A stretch of 64,000 nucleotides of DNA from Fidelibacterota bacterium (GCA_045568995.1 JBJKZY010000044.1:1688-65687), one strand, 5' to 3'; numbered from the stretch's first letter, positions 1 to 10,399 are shown. Program-made: numbers and translations. Notes: generated by a model from the letters alone, not told the origin.

Positions 1-84
1 AGTTGATATTAATGGTAAATTAAAGCCTGAATGGAAAAACAACTCTTACATTTGGTCAACAATTTTAATAAGAAGGAGATAATC

Positions 85-613
85 TTGAAAAGGTCGTATA
101 GGTATTTAATTGTTTTATTTTATTTTATTTTATTTTTAGCACCCACTAAAGCGCAACTGAAAATTGGATATGTTTTATCTGAAAGAATTCGAACTGAGTT
201 TGAAGATTTCAAGGAAGCGGAATCTCAATTACAGTTAGAATATAGGAAAGTTCAAACTGAATTCGATAAAATGGTTCTTAAAATGGATAGCCTAAAACAA
301 GATTATGAAGTCAAGCGCCTTATGGCGCTAGATAAGGGTGAAAGTATAAAACAAGAGATAGTTCAAATGGAGCAATCGATACAAACGTATCAAGCTGAAA
401 AAATCGGTCCCCAAGGAGAGCTAATGAGAAAGCAGGCTCAGATGGAATATGAAATTTTAGGGAAAGTAAAAAAAGGCTGTTGATAAAGTAGCTATTGATG
501 GTGGATATGATTACATAATTGATGCATCTGTCGGGTTGTTATATTTTAAACCAAAATATGATATGACTGATGATGTCCTACATGAGTTGCGCAATCTAAA
601 ATCAGAAAAGTAG
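85..613 (+). CDS. skp: OmpH/Skp-family periplasmic chaperone; reading frame broken at an A7 run (468-474) as assembled
   Basis: ORF 31-483 has a signal-peptide-like N-terminus and a Q/E/K-rich coiled body. The +1 frame 473-613 continues with AVDKVAIDGGYDYIIDASVGLLYFKPKYDMTDDVLHELRNL, a typical Skp C-terminus. TTG at 85 is preceded by AAGGAG (73-78). The gene sits directly upstream of lpxD. Confidence 0.7.
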
Positions 614-614
614 A

Positions 615-1629
615 TTGGAAATTACGCTCGGGGAAATAGCTTCCGAAATTGGAGGAAAAGTTATAGGAGATTCTAGGCATCTTATAAAAGGAGTGTCCCA
701 AATACAAGAAGCTAGCCCTGGTACTATTACGTTTTTTAAGCAACCCTGCTTATAAAAAATATCTAGATACTACAAATGCGGATGCTGTCATTGTTGAAGA
801 GAAAAATCTTTTAAATAAAAAAATGGGTATTGTTGTTCAAAATTCACAGTTTGCTATGGCTAAAGCTCTAAGACTTTTTAATCCAGTTACAAAAGAAAAT
901 CCAATTATAGATTCGATGGCTTATATTTCTAATTATGCAAAAATTGGGGAAAAAGTTTCTGTTGGACCGGGCGCATGTATTGAAAAAGGTGTTGAAATTG
1001 GGGATGGATGTAAAGTTGGCTCAAACACCTACATTGGGCAAAATACTATCGTAGGAGATAATTGTGAATTAAATGCAAATGTATCTGTTTATAATAATAC
1101 CAATATTGGATCTAAAGTAGTTATCCACAGCGGTACTACAATAGGTTCAGATGGTTTTGGTTTTGTTACAATTGACGGGAATCATGAAAAAATACCTCAA
1201 ACTGGTAATGTTGTAATTAAAAATGATGTGGAAATTGGATCTAATTGCTCAATTGATAGGGGAACAATAGGAAGTACAATAATAGGTGAAATGACAAAAA
1301 TAGACAACCTAGTTCATATCGCCCATAATGTAAAAATTGGTAAGGGGTGCTTGATAACTGCAGCTTTTGCTGTTGCAGGGAGTACAGTGATCGGTGATTT
1401 TTGTACTTTTGCTGGTCAGGTAGGTGTTGCTCCACATTTAAAAATTGGTAACAATTCAATCGTTGCTTCAAAGGCTGGTATCACAAAATCATTGAAAGGT
1501 GAGGGAACATATGCAGGTTTCCCCGCAAGGGATATCAAAGATCATAATCGAAGACAGGCATTGATTAATGATGTAGAAAAGCTAAAAAGAAAAGTTTCTC
1601 AATTAACTAAAGAAATAATAGATACTTAA
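615..1629 (+). CDS. lpxD: UDP-3-O-acylglucosamine N-acyltransferase; frame broken at a T6 run (732-737) as assembled
   Basis: TTG 615 lies one nt after the skp stop. Frame-3 LEITLGEIASEIGGKVIGD...GTITF joins frame-1 LSNPAYKKYLDTTNADAVIV (FLSNPxY motif) across the T run. The rest (ORF 823-1629) is a hexapeptide-repeat left-handed beta helix with GSDGFGF. Confidence 0.85.
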
Positions 1630-1637
1630 GTTTTTCA

Positions 1638-2582
1638 ATGGAAAGAAACCAAAGAACAATAAGAACCTCTCAATCCTGCGAAGGAGTTGGCCTTCACACG
1701 GGTGTTGAAACTATAATAACTTTTCACCCAGCTCCAGAAAATTTTGGTATTCGTTTTGTTAGGTCTGACATTCCAAATTGTATGGAAGTAAAAGCAGACA
1801 TAGATCATGTGGTAGATATTTCTAGAGGGACTACAATTGAAGAGAATGATATAAGAATTCATACCGTGGAGCATGCTCTTGCAGCTGTTAGTGGACTCCG
1901 TTTAGATAATATTCTAATTGAATTAAGCGGCAAAGAACCTCCAGTGATGGATGGTAGTGCAAAAGATTTTGTTGAATGCCTAATTAAAGCGGGAATAAAG
2001 ATTCAGAATAAAGAGAGAAGGGTTCTAGAAATAACACGAGCTGTTAACTACACTAATTCTTACCGGGATATTGATATACATGTAATTCCTTCAGACCGTT
2101 TTAGAATAACATTTATGGTGGAGTACCCTTTGCCTGCTTTGGGCACGCAGTATGAAGCAATTTATAATATGGAAGAAGATTTTTCCTTTGAAGTCGCTCC
2201 TGCTAGAACTTTTTGTTTTTTAAGTGAGGTGGAGATGCTTAAGGAGCAAGGATTAATAAAAGGAGGGGGGTTAGATAATGCAGTTGTCATTATTGATAAA
2301 GAGATTGATTCTATAGAGATGGATCGTTTAAAAGAGCTGTTTGGCATAGAACATAATATCATTCAAGGTGCAAACGGTATATTAAATGGTAAAGTATTGA
2401 GGTTTAAAAATGAGCCGGTAAGGCATAAGACTCTTGATTTAATTGGGGACTTAGCCTTGTTAGGTTTTCCAATTAAAGGACATGTCACTGCTGCTAGAGC
2501 AGGGCATGCAAGCAATGTTGAATTTGTTAAAAAATTAAAAAAACATTATTCTACAGAGTTAAAAGCATTACGAAAAGAATAG
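1638..2582 (+). CDS. lpxC: UDP-3-O-acyl-N-acetylglucosamine deacetylase
   Basis: 314 aa with motifs HTVEHALAA, PVMDGSA, HKTLDLIGDL and GHASN. Confidence 0.95.
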   Translation: MERNQRTIRTSQSCEGVGLHTGVETIITFHPAPENFGIRFVRSDIPNCMEVKADIDHVVDISRGTTIEENDIRIHTVEHALAAVSGLRLDNILIELSGKEPPVMDGSAKDFVECLIKAGIKIQNKERRVLEITRAVNYTNSYRDIDIHVIPSDRFRITFMVEYPLPALGTQYEAIYNMEEDFSFEVAPARTFCFLSEVEMLKEQGLIKGGGLDNAVVIIDKEIDSIEMDRLKELFGIEHNIIQGANGILNGKVLRFKNEPVRHKTLDLIGDLALLGFPIKGHVTAARAGHASNVEFVKKLKKHYSTELKALRKE

Positions 2583-2586
2583 CATA

Positions 2587-3051
2587 ATGAATCCATTCAA
2601 AAGTCAAACAAAATTTGATATAAATGATATTATTAAAGTTCTTCCACATAGATATCCTTTTATTCTAATTGATAGAATAAAAATAACAGAACCAGGAGAA
2701 CATCTGGTCGCTTTAAAAAACATGACTATTAATGAGCCTTTTTTTCAAGGACATTTTCCAGGGCAACCTGTTATGCCAGGGGTTTTATCATTAGAAATAA
2801 TGGCACAAGCAGGTTCATTTTTAATGTTAAGTCAGGTTGAAGATCCTCTGTCTGCTAATATGTTTTTCTCAGCGGTGGAAAAAGCGAAATTTAGAAAACC
2901 AATTGTTCCAGGCGACCAGTTAATGGTTCATATGACACTAGTTAGAAAAAAATTAAACCTTTGCAAATTTCACGGTGTTTGTAAGGTTGATGATGAAATT
3001 GTTGCTGAAGCTTTTTTTTCAGCTAACCTTGTAGATAGAGCCCGAGAATAA
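2587..3051 (+). CDS. fabZ: 3-hydroxyacyl-ACP dehydratase
   Basis: 154 aa hot-dog protein with LPHRYPFILIDR and FFQGHFPGQPVMPGVL. Confidence 0.95.
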   Translation: MNPFKSQTKFDINDIIKVLPHRYPFILIDRIKITEPGEHLVALKNMTINEPFFQGHFPGQPVMPGVLSLEIMAQAGSFLMLSQVEDPLSANMFFSAVEKAKFRKPIVPGDQLMVHMTLVRKKLNLCKFHGVCKVDDEIVAEAFFSANLVDRARE

Positions 3052-3052
3052 A

Positions 3053-3826
3053 ATTTCTACTATAATTCATTCTACTGCAGTAATTAAAGAATGTGCAGAT
3101 CTAGGCTCTAATGTAACAGTTGGTCCTTTTTCAGTAATAGAGAAAAATGTAAAGATTGGAGACAATAGTTATATAGGCAATAATGTTACTATAGCATGTG
3201 ATACTATAATTGGTGAAAATTGCAAAATTTTTCATTCTAGTTCTATTGGAGAAGTTTCTCAAGATTTAAAATATGATGGAGAAAAAACATTTACTAAAAT
3301 AGGAGACAATACTACAATTAGAGAGTATGTCACCATAAATAAAGGTACTAGCGAGCTAGGGAAAACAGAAGTAGGATCAAATGTTCTTTTGATGGCTTCA
3401 ACCCATATCGCACATGACTGTTTAGTTGGTGATAATGTTATTATGTCTAACCTTGCTACTTTAGGTGGACATGTTAAAATTGGAAATTGGGCTATCCTTG
3501 GTGGAGGGGTGATGGTTCATCAATTTACTCAAATTGGAGAACATGCCTTAATCGGAGGAGGATTTAGAGCCGTTCAAGATGTGCCACCTTTTATTTTAGC
3601 TGCAAACCATCCTCTTAAATACAAAGGTATAAATGCAGTTGGATTAAAAAGACGTGGTTTTTCTAAAGAGGATAGGAGTTTAATAAAACAGGCATATAAA
3701 ATATTCTTTCGTTCAGGCGTAAATAGGAAAAACGCTATAAAAAAAATTGAAGCAGAACTTCCTAAAACAAAAGTAATCCAAAATATTCTTGAGTTTATAA
3801 ACCATTCTAATAGAGGAATAATTTAA
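3053..3826 (+). CDS. lpxA: acyl-ACP--UDP-N-acetylglucosamine O-acyltransferase; start codon unresolved
   Basis: Frame 2 is open from 3035 and reads KISTIIHSTAVIKECADLGSNVTVGPFSVIEKNVKIGD..., hexapeptide repeats followed by a helical C-domain. The ORF track shows only 3389-3826 because no ATG/GTG/TTG/CTG exists upstream in frame. Start placed provisionally at ATT 3053. Confidence 0.85.
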   Translation: MSTIIHSTAVIKECADLGSNVTVGPFSVIEKNVKIGDNSYIGNNVTIACDTIIGENCKIFHSSSIGEVSQDLKYDGEKTFTKIGDNTTIREYVTINKGTSELGKTEVGSNVLLMASTHIAHDCLVGDNVIMSNLATLGGHVKIGNWAILGGGVMVHQFTQIGEHALIGGGFRAVQDVPPFILAANHPLKYKGINAVGLKRRGFSKEDRSLIKQAYKIFFRSGVNRKNAIKKIEAELPKTKVIQNILEFINHSNRGII

Positions 3827-3832
3827 AATTTT

Positions 3833-4471
3833 TTGAAGAATATTTTTCATTACGGGATATTTAGATTTTTATTTTTATTACAAATTTTGAATGGTTCAAA
3901 TAATGCTAAATCTTTGAACTTAATCTCATTGGGGATAAGTAAGTCGTATGCTATAAATCCTTTTAATTCCAATCGATTATATTTTCAGAGTAGTATGTCT
4001 TTTAAATCGTTACCAGGGACCAAAAATTACCAATATTATCCAGATATAGGTTTTGGTTATAAAGTAAGTAAAAACCTTGCTTTAGAGGGAAGTGTTTTTA
4101 ATTATAGGTTGGGTGGTTTTTCTGATCAAATAATAAGGGGTGGTGTTCAATATTATTTTGGATCAAGTGATGCGCTAAGCTGGGTGAGTTCATTTAAAAA
4201 AGTCAATTATAAATCTTTAAAAAATTACAATATTGATAACATAACATTAGATATTTCTAAATGGATAAATTATGGACATAATTTTTTTAGATTCGGTTTA
4301 GGATCAAATTTTTATACAAAGGATAATTTTTTGCGTAAGCAAAAAGGACAAATTAATTTTATGTTAATCAATATAATTATTCCAGTAAAAATTTTCCAAC
4401 TTGGTTTTGAGACAAGAATGAATCTAGATATGCTTTTTTACTCATTTTCATTCCAAAAAGATTTTTATTAA
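3833..4471 (+). CDS. hypothetical exported protein, possible small outer-membrane beta-barrel
   Basis: 212 aa with a hydrophobic N-terminus, G/Y/F-rich strand-like segments and an aromatic C-terminus (FQKDFY). No family recognised. Confidence 0.4.
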   Translation: MKNIFHYGIFRFLFLLQILNGSNNAKSLNLISLGISKSYAINPFNSNRLYFQSSMSFKSLPGTKNYQYYPDIGFGYKVSKNLALEGSVFNYRLGGFSDQIIRGGVQYYFGSSDALSWVSSFKKVNYKSLKNYNIDNITLDISKWINYGHNFFRFGLGSNFYTKDNFLRKQKGQINFMLINIIIPVKIFQLGFETRMNLDMLFYSFSFQKDFY

Positions 4472-5616
4472 TGGAAAAACATATTTCGATATTAGGGTCT
4501 ACTGGGTCTATTGGAGTTAACGCTCTCAAAATTGCTGAATTTCTTTCTAGAGAGATAAAAATTGAATACCTTACTGCAAATAAAAATTTCGAGCTTTTAA
4601 TTGAGCAAACAAAAAAGCATAAACCAAAATCAGTATGTTTAGTTGATAAAAAGCTTTATAAAAATCTTAAATTGGGGATTAATTCAAAACAAGTTGAAAT
4701 ATTAGCTGGCAGAGAAGGCTTGCTTGAGATATGCAAGAGGACAGATGTAAATGTCATGCTAAATGGTTTGGTTGGAGCATCCGGTATGGAGCCAACCTTA
4801 TCTGCGATAAAAGCAGGTGTGAATGTAGCTTTGGCGAATAAAGAAAGCCTTGTAATGGCTGGTGGTATTATAAATAAAGCGATGGAATTATCTGGAGCAA
4901 AAATTTTTCCTGTAGACAGTGAGCATTCAGCTATATGGCAATGTTTGGTTGGTGAAAATTTTAGTGATATAAGAAGAGTTATTTTAACTGGAAGCGGCGG
5001 GCCATTTAGGGGCAGAGATTTAGATACATTTCACGATATTTCTGTAGAGGAGGCGTTAAAACATCCTAATTGGGATATGGGGAAAAAGATTAGTATTGAT
5101 AGTGCAACGATGATGAATAAGTGTTTGGAAGTAATTGAAGCATATTGGCTTTTTCACCTAGATCCTAAAAAGATTGATATAGTTATTCATCCTCAATCAA
5201 TTATTCATTCTATGGTTGAGTTCAATGATGGTTCTATAAAAGCTCAAATGGGTGTACCAGATATGAAGGTTCCAATTCAATATGCTTTAACATTCCCTTC
5301 CCATTCAAAATCTCCATGGGAAAGGTTAGATTTTTTATCATGCGGTGATCTTACTTTCCAGAGTCCAGATTACGATAGGTTCCCCTCCTTGCAATTAGCT
5401 TATCAGGCTTTAAAAGATGGTGGCACTGCATCTGCTGCACTAAATTTATCAAATGATTACTCAGTACAAAAATTTTTGGAGAATAAAATTATTTTTACAG
5501 ATATTTGTAAAATCAATCGTTCGGCTCTTCAAGACCATCCATGGATTGAGCATCCAAATTTAAATGATTTAATTAATTTAGATAGTTGGGTCAAAAAACA
5601 TGTAAATGAATTTTGA
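4471..5616 (+). CDS. dxr: 1-deoxy-D-xylulose 5-phosphate reductoisomerase
   Basis: 381 aa with ILGSTGSIG, LANKESLV, PVDSEHSAI and NKCLEVIEA. Confidence 0.95.
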   Translation: MEKHISILGSTGSIGVNALKIAEFLSREIKIEYLTANKNFELLIEQTKKHKPKSVCLVDKKLYKNLKLGINSKQVEILAGREGLLEICKRTDVNVMLNGLVGASGMEPTLSAIKAGVNVALANKESLVMAGGIINKAMELSGAKIFPVDSEHSAIWQCLVGENFSDIRRVILTGSGGPFRGRDLDTFHDISVEEALKHPNWDMGKKISIDSATMMNKCLEVIEAYWLFHLDPKKIDIVIHPQSIIHSMVEFNDGSIKAQMGVPDMKVPIQYALTFPSHSKSPWERLDFLSCGDLTFQSPDYDRFPSLQLAYQALKDGGTASAALNLSNDYSVQKFLENKIIFTDICKINRSALQDHPWIEHPNLNDLINLDSWVKKHVNEF

Positions 5617-5659
5617 TTCATTGGAACTTAATTTTTTTTTCATCGTAGATTAGACTACT

Positions 5660-6829
5660 ATGACTACCTTTTATGCTTTCATAATACTCCTTGGAGTTTT
5701 AGTTACCATTCATGAATTTGGACATTTTATTGCTGCTAGATCAGTTGGTATAAGAGTAGAGCGGTTTTCGGTAGGGGTACCTCCAAGGTTGTTTTCTATT
5801 ACTTCTATCGATGGAGGGTTTTTATTAAATATATTTTTCTTCAAACTAAAAAATGGGAAAATAAAATGGAGCCCTATTATATCGAAAACAATAAAGAAGG
5901 AAAACCGAATAGGATCTAGCACCGAATATGTAATTGCTCTTTTACCACTCGGCGGATATGTAAAAATGGCAGGAATGATTGATGAAAGTATGGATACGAA
6001 TATGAATTACAAGAGCGATGAATTTCAGTCAAAAACCCTACTCCAAAAAATATGGGTTTTAAGTGCGGGAGTTATAATGAACACTCTCCTTGCAGTAATT
6101 GTTTTTTCATTACTTGGCTTTTATAATGGAACTCCGAAAACTAACGATGAACCTATCGTCTTTGAACTTCAAGAAAATATGCCTGCTGAAAAAGCGGGGT
6201 TGCTTCCTGGAGATAGAATTGTATCAATTAATTCTGAAGGTATTAATACTTGGGGAGATATGACAAAGTTGATTCATTCTAACCCTAACAATCTTCTTTC
6301 ATTTAAAATAAAAAGAGGTATTGAGGTATTAGATTTTGATATCAAAACTTCTGAATATGCCGTACCCTCAAAAAGTGCTATAGACACTATTGGAATTATT
6401 GGTATAGCTCCTGAAGTATATTATGAAGATATTTCATTCACGAAAGCATTTTCCAATGGTTTAAATCAGACAATTTCAAGCTTTGGTTTAATTATTTACA
6501 GTTTACAAATGTTGGGTTCTGGAGCCGCTTCTATATCAGATCTTGGTGGACCAATTATGATTGCACAACTGGCAGGGCAAACAGCTGAAGCTGGTATTAC
6601 TCCCTTTTTAACTTTCATGGCACTGCTAAGTGTAAACTTAGCATTTTTAAATATCTTGCCTATTCCTGGATTAGATGGCGGTCATATTTTTATCCATTTG
6701 ATTGAAGCCGTTTTACGTAGGCCTTTAAAAATCAAAACTCGTATTGTTATTCAACAAATTGGAATGGCGCTATTATTAATGTTAATGGTTACTGTTATTA
6801 TGCAGGATATAACTAGACTTTTTAATTGA
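5660..6829 (+). CDS. rseP: RIP metalloprotease (site-2 protease, M50 family)
   Basis: 389 aa with HEFGHF (HExxH) in TM1, a PDZ-like middle (GLLPGDRIVSIN) and NILPIPGLDGGH. It follows dxr, as is common. Confidence 0.9.
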   Translation: MTTFYAFIILLGVLVTIHEFGHFIAARSVGIRVERFSVGVPPRLFSITSIDGGFLLNIFFFKLKNGKIKWSPIISKTIKKENRIGSSTEYVIALLPLGGYVKMAGMIDESMDTNMNYKSDEFQSKTLLQKIWVLSAGVIMNTLLAVIVFSLLGFYNGTPKTNDEPIVFELQENMPAEKAGLLPGDRIVSINSEGINTWGDMTKLIHSNPNNLLSFKIKRGIEVLDFDIKTSEYAVPSKSAIDTIGIIGIAPEVYYEDISFTKAFSNGLNQTISSFGLIIYSLQMLGSGAASISDLGGPIMIAQLAGQTAEAGITPFLTFMALLSVNLAFLNILPIPGLDGGHIFIHLIEAVLRRPLKIKTRIVIQQIGMALLLMLMVTVIMQDITRLFN

Positions 6830-7544
6830 TAATTTTATCAAGTTCTAGTTCTAGATAACCATACTTAAGCTTTAATCTAATTTTCACCGGATACTTTTTT
6901 ATATCATTAGAGAACATAACATCTAGTTCTGCTTTATTTTTAAATTTTTTATTATCTTTTCTTTCAGGTGAAACAATGGAACAAGTGTATTCCCCAGCAG
7001 GGACACGGACTACTTCATTTTCTCGAACCATTAAATTTAATAGGACAGTTTTATTATTTTGAATTAAAGAGATTTCTCGATTTTTAAAATCTTGAATACT
7101 ATTTTTACGAAAAAAATAAAATAAAGAATAAGGAGATTGAGTATTTTTTTCTATTCGTAAAGTATCATTATTTATTAATGCAAAATTATTTTTTCTATTA
7201 AAGTGAATCTTTGTTGATTTCTTAAACCTTCCTTCGCTTATTTCTTCGTGTATTTTTACTGGTAAAAATGTTTTTATATCTAGCCATAAGTTAATTTCAT
7301 CATTTATAGGGAAAATATAATTAATTGGTCCTTCACTTCTTGCTGTAAATCGAATATGGTATACACTATCGCTACCGGCAACTGTTTTTTTTATGATTTC
7401 TAGACTCGCATTAGCAGCATGAACACCACGAAAAGATGCATTGTATAAAAGAGTTTCTCCAATGCTTACAGGCAAAGAATTTCCGAAAACAAGAGAAAGG
7501 TTTATGAAAAATAAATATTTTTTTTTCAACGTAACTGTTTCCAA
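6822..7544 (-). CDS. hypothetical exported protein (DUF3108-like?)
   Basis: 240 aa with a signal-peptide-like start. The beta-rich pattern reminds me of DUF3108; this is recognition from memory only. Confidence 0.4.
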   Translation of the reverse strand: METVTLKKKYLFFINLSLVFGNSLPVSIGETLLYNASFRGVHAANASLEIIKKTVAGSDSVYHIRFTARSEGPINYIFPINDEINLWLDIKTFLPVKIHEEISEGRFKKSTKIHFNRKNNFALINNDTLRIEKNTQSPYSLFYFFRKNSIQDFKNREISLIQNNKTVLLNLMVRENEVVRVPAGEYTCSIVSPERKDNKKFKNKAELDVMFSNDIKKYPVKIRLKLKYGYLELELDKIIN

Positions 7545-8095
7545 AAACCATTTTTAAATAAAAATATTTTTGATCCAGCGCCATTAATAATACCATCATC
7601 AATTATTAAATCTATATCATTTGTAAATTCGTTTAAAATATCATTTGGTTTAGTATATGGTTTTTCTCCTGTTCTATTTACACTTGTGCTAGTAATTGGA
7701 TTTGGAAATAAAATTGATAATTCCTTACAAAATAAATGCTCAGGTATTCTAATACCTAAAGTATTTTCATTTCCTAAGATAAGTTTAGAACAGATATTTT
7801 TTTTAACTGGAGCAATAATTGTATTCCCATTTTTCAGTTTATTTTCAATATTTTCTTTTTGATTTTCTTTTATAGACATCCAATTAATTGCAGTTTTTTT
7901 GTTTGGAGCTATTACACTAATAGGCCCGGATCTGTTTTTTATTTTATTTAGGGTTTTAATTGAGGTTTCGTTTTTAGAGTCACAACCTAGTCCATACAAT
8001 GTATCTGTTGGGTATGCAATTATCCCTCCTTTACTAAGGACATTGCATGCTTCTAAAACTGCATTTGGCGCATTGTTTTTAATTAATTTTCCCAA
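7526..8095 (-). CDS. tsaC: L-threonylcarbamoyladenylate synthase (YrdC/TsaC type)
   Basis: 189 aa with the IIAYPTDTLYGLGCD signature and no Sua5 C-terminal domain. Confidence 0.85.
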   Translation of the reverse strand: MGKLIKNNAPNAVLEACNVLSKGGIIAYPTDTLYGLGCDSKNETSIKTLNKIKNRSGPISVIAPNKKTAINWMSIKENQKENIENKLKNGNTIIAPVKKNICSKLILGNENTLGIRIPEHLFCKELSILFPNPITSTSVNRTGEKPYTKPNDILNEFTNDIDLIIDDGIINGAGSKIFLFKNGFWKQLR

Positions 8096-8099
8096 GGTA

Positions 8100-8954
8100 T
8101 TATATTTTTTTTGTTTTCCATCTTCTATGGAACCAAAAGTATTGATCTGGATATTGTTTTATATATAACTCTAATAGTTTTGTGTATTCTTGGGTTATTT
8201 GTTCTATGTTTTTATTCTTAGTGTTAATTGCTTTGAAGTGAATATGATATTTTTGAAAATTTTCTTTAAAGCAGACACCTAATAATAATGGAGCTTTCGT
8301 ATTAATATGAAATAACGCAGCCCCCTTAGGAGTAGATGCGGGGGTTCCAAAAAAATCAACAAAAACTCCCTTTTTTTTAGCATCTTGATCGCTTACAAGT
8401 CCAAGTAAACCATTCTTTGATAAGACTTCGTACATTAACTTTACAGAGTTCCCTCTTAAAATATGTTTTGTGCCTGCTAATTCTCTTTGATTTATAAAAA
8501 AATCATGAGCTCCTCTATTTTTCTGCTTTTGTGCGACGCCTACAAAAAGAGGGACATTTCTAGCGACCCACTGACCTAATATCTCCCATGCTCCAAAATG
8601 GCCTGTAATGAATACTATTCCTTTTTTTTGTTCTATAAACGATTGAAGAGTTTTATTTCCTTTGACTTCTATTTGTATATTTTCAAAAGAATCGGGGAAT
8701 GATACAAATTCAATAAAATTATGACAAAAATTAAGATAGGTGTTTTTAAGTATTTTTTCTCTTTGATTAGGTTCAAGATGGGGGAAAGCTTTTTTGATAT
8801 TCGTTCTTGCTTGTTTTTTTCGTATACTTAAATAATTGTAAAATGTTGATCCAATCCTCGAAGCAATATAGTATCTTTTTTTAGCATTTATATTTGAAAA
8901 GCATTTTTTTAAAATTCGCAAAAGATATGAAGTAATAATGTGAGATGTTCTCAT
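8100..8954 (-). CDS. lipid A late (lauroyl/myristoyl) acyltransferase, LpxL/HtrB family
   Basis: 284 aa with an N-terminal anchor, ITGHFGAWE (HX4D/E-type motif) and the overall family pattern. Confidence 0.8.
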   Translation of the reverse strand: MRTSHIITSYLLRILKKCFSNINAKKRYYIASRIGSTFYNYLSIRKKQARTNIKKAFPHLEPNQREKILKNTYLNFCHNFIEFVSFPDSFENIQIEVKGNKTLQSFIEQKKGIVFITGHFGAWEILGQWVARNVPLFVGVAQKQKNRGAHDFFINQRELAGTKHILRGNSVKLMYEVLSKNGLLGLVSDQDAKKKGVFVDFFGTPASTPKGAALFHINTKAPLLLGVCFKENFQKYHIHFKAINTKNKNIEQITQEYTKLLELYIKQYPDQYFWFHRRWKTKKI

Positions 8955-9025
8955 TTAGGTTTGAAATTACATCATAATAATTGCGAAGTTTAGATGGTTT
9001 TTTATTTTACTTAACCTTTAAATGT

Positions 9026-10387
9026 ATGAAATTAATAGTCGTGAAAAAGCTTATAGTCTTTATATCCATTGTATTTTCAATTGCTTATTCTGAAACAGTG
9101 TATCGAGTTCCAATTGAAGGTGTCATAGATTTAGGTTTGCCTCCCTATATCAAAAGAGTTATCAAAGAAGCGGAGGCATCTAAGATTGATGCAATTGTTT
9201 TTGAAATTAACACATTTGGTGGTAGAGTAGATGCTGCAACCCAAATTAAAGATGCTATATTAAGTAGTGAAGTGCAAACTATTGCATTTATCAACCGACG
9301 TGCAATTTCTGCGGGTGCATTGATTTCTCTTTCTTGCGAGAAAATTTTTATGACAGGTGGAGGCTTAATAGGTGCCGCTACTGCTGTAGATATGTCAGGA
9401 AAAAAAGGTAGTGAAAAAGTTATTAGTTTTATGAGGGAAGAAATGGCTTCTACTGCCGAGCAAAGAGGAAGAAATAAGAAAATTGCGAGAGGTATGGTAG
9501 ATGAAGAATTATCGTTCACGCATTTAGTTCTTAATCAAGATTCTATCCTTGTACAAGATATTGAAGGAAGAAAAGAAGGAAAACTTATTTCGTTAACCAC
9601 AGATCAAGCTCTGAAATACAAAATTGCTGATGGTACCGCTGAAAATATAAATTCTGTTCTGGATTCTTTGGATTATGAAAATGTTGAAATAGTTGAGAAA
9701 GGTGAAAACTGGTCGGAAGATATTGTTAGGTTTTTAACTAACCCAGTGGTTGCTTCTTTATTAACTACTTTTGGGTTTTTAGGAATATTATTTGAGCTTC
9801 AGAGTCCAGGTTGGGGTATCCCAGGTTTTGTAGGTTTGACTTGTTTAATCTTGTCTTTAAGTGCTTCCTACATAGCTCAATTAGCTACAATGTCTGATCT
9901 GCTTTTTGTTTTTGCGGGGTTAGGGATGGTTTTGCTAGAGATTTTAGTCATTCCTGGATTTGGTATTATTGGGATTGGTGGTTTTGGATTTTTGATGTAC
10001 GGTCTCTATTTATTACTTTTACCAGATATTCCCGTTGGAGATGAAATAGTAGGACAGGCGATGGACGGCTTTTTTATAGGACTAGTTGGGTCTGTTATCG
10101 GATTAGTTCTTTTGGTTAGATTAATGATTAAAACAAAATTTTGGAAACAATTGACTTCTCCTGATGTACAAAAGAAAACTGATGGTTTTTCAAATAGTTT
10201 CGGATGGGAGTCACACAAAGGGAAAGAAGGAGTTGCTGATACAGACCTACATCCTTCAGGATGGATTCGATTTGAAGACAAACGTATTTTTGCCGTAAGC
10301 GAAGGAGACTTTATAGAGAAAGATGAGAAAATTGTTGTTCTATCTGTTGATGGTAACAGAGTCGTGGTGAGAAAATTAAATAAATAA
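9026..10387 (+). CDS. NfeD-family membrane-bound serine protease
   Basis: ClpP-like N-domain, multi-TM middle and C-terminal NfeD OB-fold (HPSGWIRFEDKRIFAVSEGDFIEKDEKIVVLSVDGNRVVV). ATG 9026 gives a clean signal peptide; the ORF opens at TTG 8981. Confidence 0.8.
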   Translation: MKLIVVKKLIVFISIVFSIAYSETVYRVPIEGVIDLGLPPYIKRVIKEAEASKIDAIVFEINTFGGRVDAATQIKDAILSSEVQTIAFINRRAISAGALISLSCEKIFMTGGGLIGAATAVDMSGKKGSEKVISFMREEMASTAEQRGRNKKIARGMVDEELSFTHLVLNQDSILVQDIEGRKEGKLISLTTDQALKYKIADGTAENINSVLDSLDYENVEIVEKGENWSEDIVRFLTNPVVASLLTTFGFLGILFELQSPGWGIPGFVGLTCLILSLSASYIAQLATMSDLLFVFAGLGMVLLEILVIPGFGIIGIGGFGFLMYGLYLLLLPDIPVGDEIVGQAMDGFFIGLVGSVIGLVLLVRLMIKTKFWKQLTSPDVQKKTDGFSNSFGWESHKGKEGVADTDLHPSGWIRFEDKRIFAVSEGDFIEKDEKIVVLSVDGNRVVVRKLNK

Positions 10388-10399
10388 AAGGATAAAATT

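Noticed and set aside
3043-3055. A possible FabZ-LpxA fusion created by skipping one base at the fabZ stop.
   Set aside because: It would need an error at a non-homopolymer position. I know of LpxC-FabZ fusions but not FabZ-LpxA ones. Separate genes with an unusual start are simpler.
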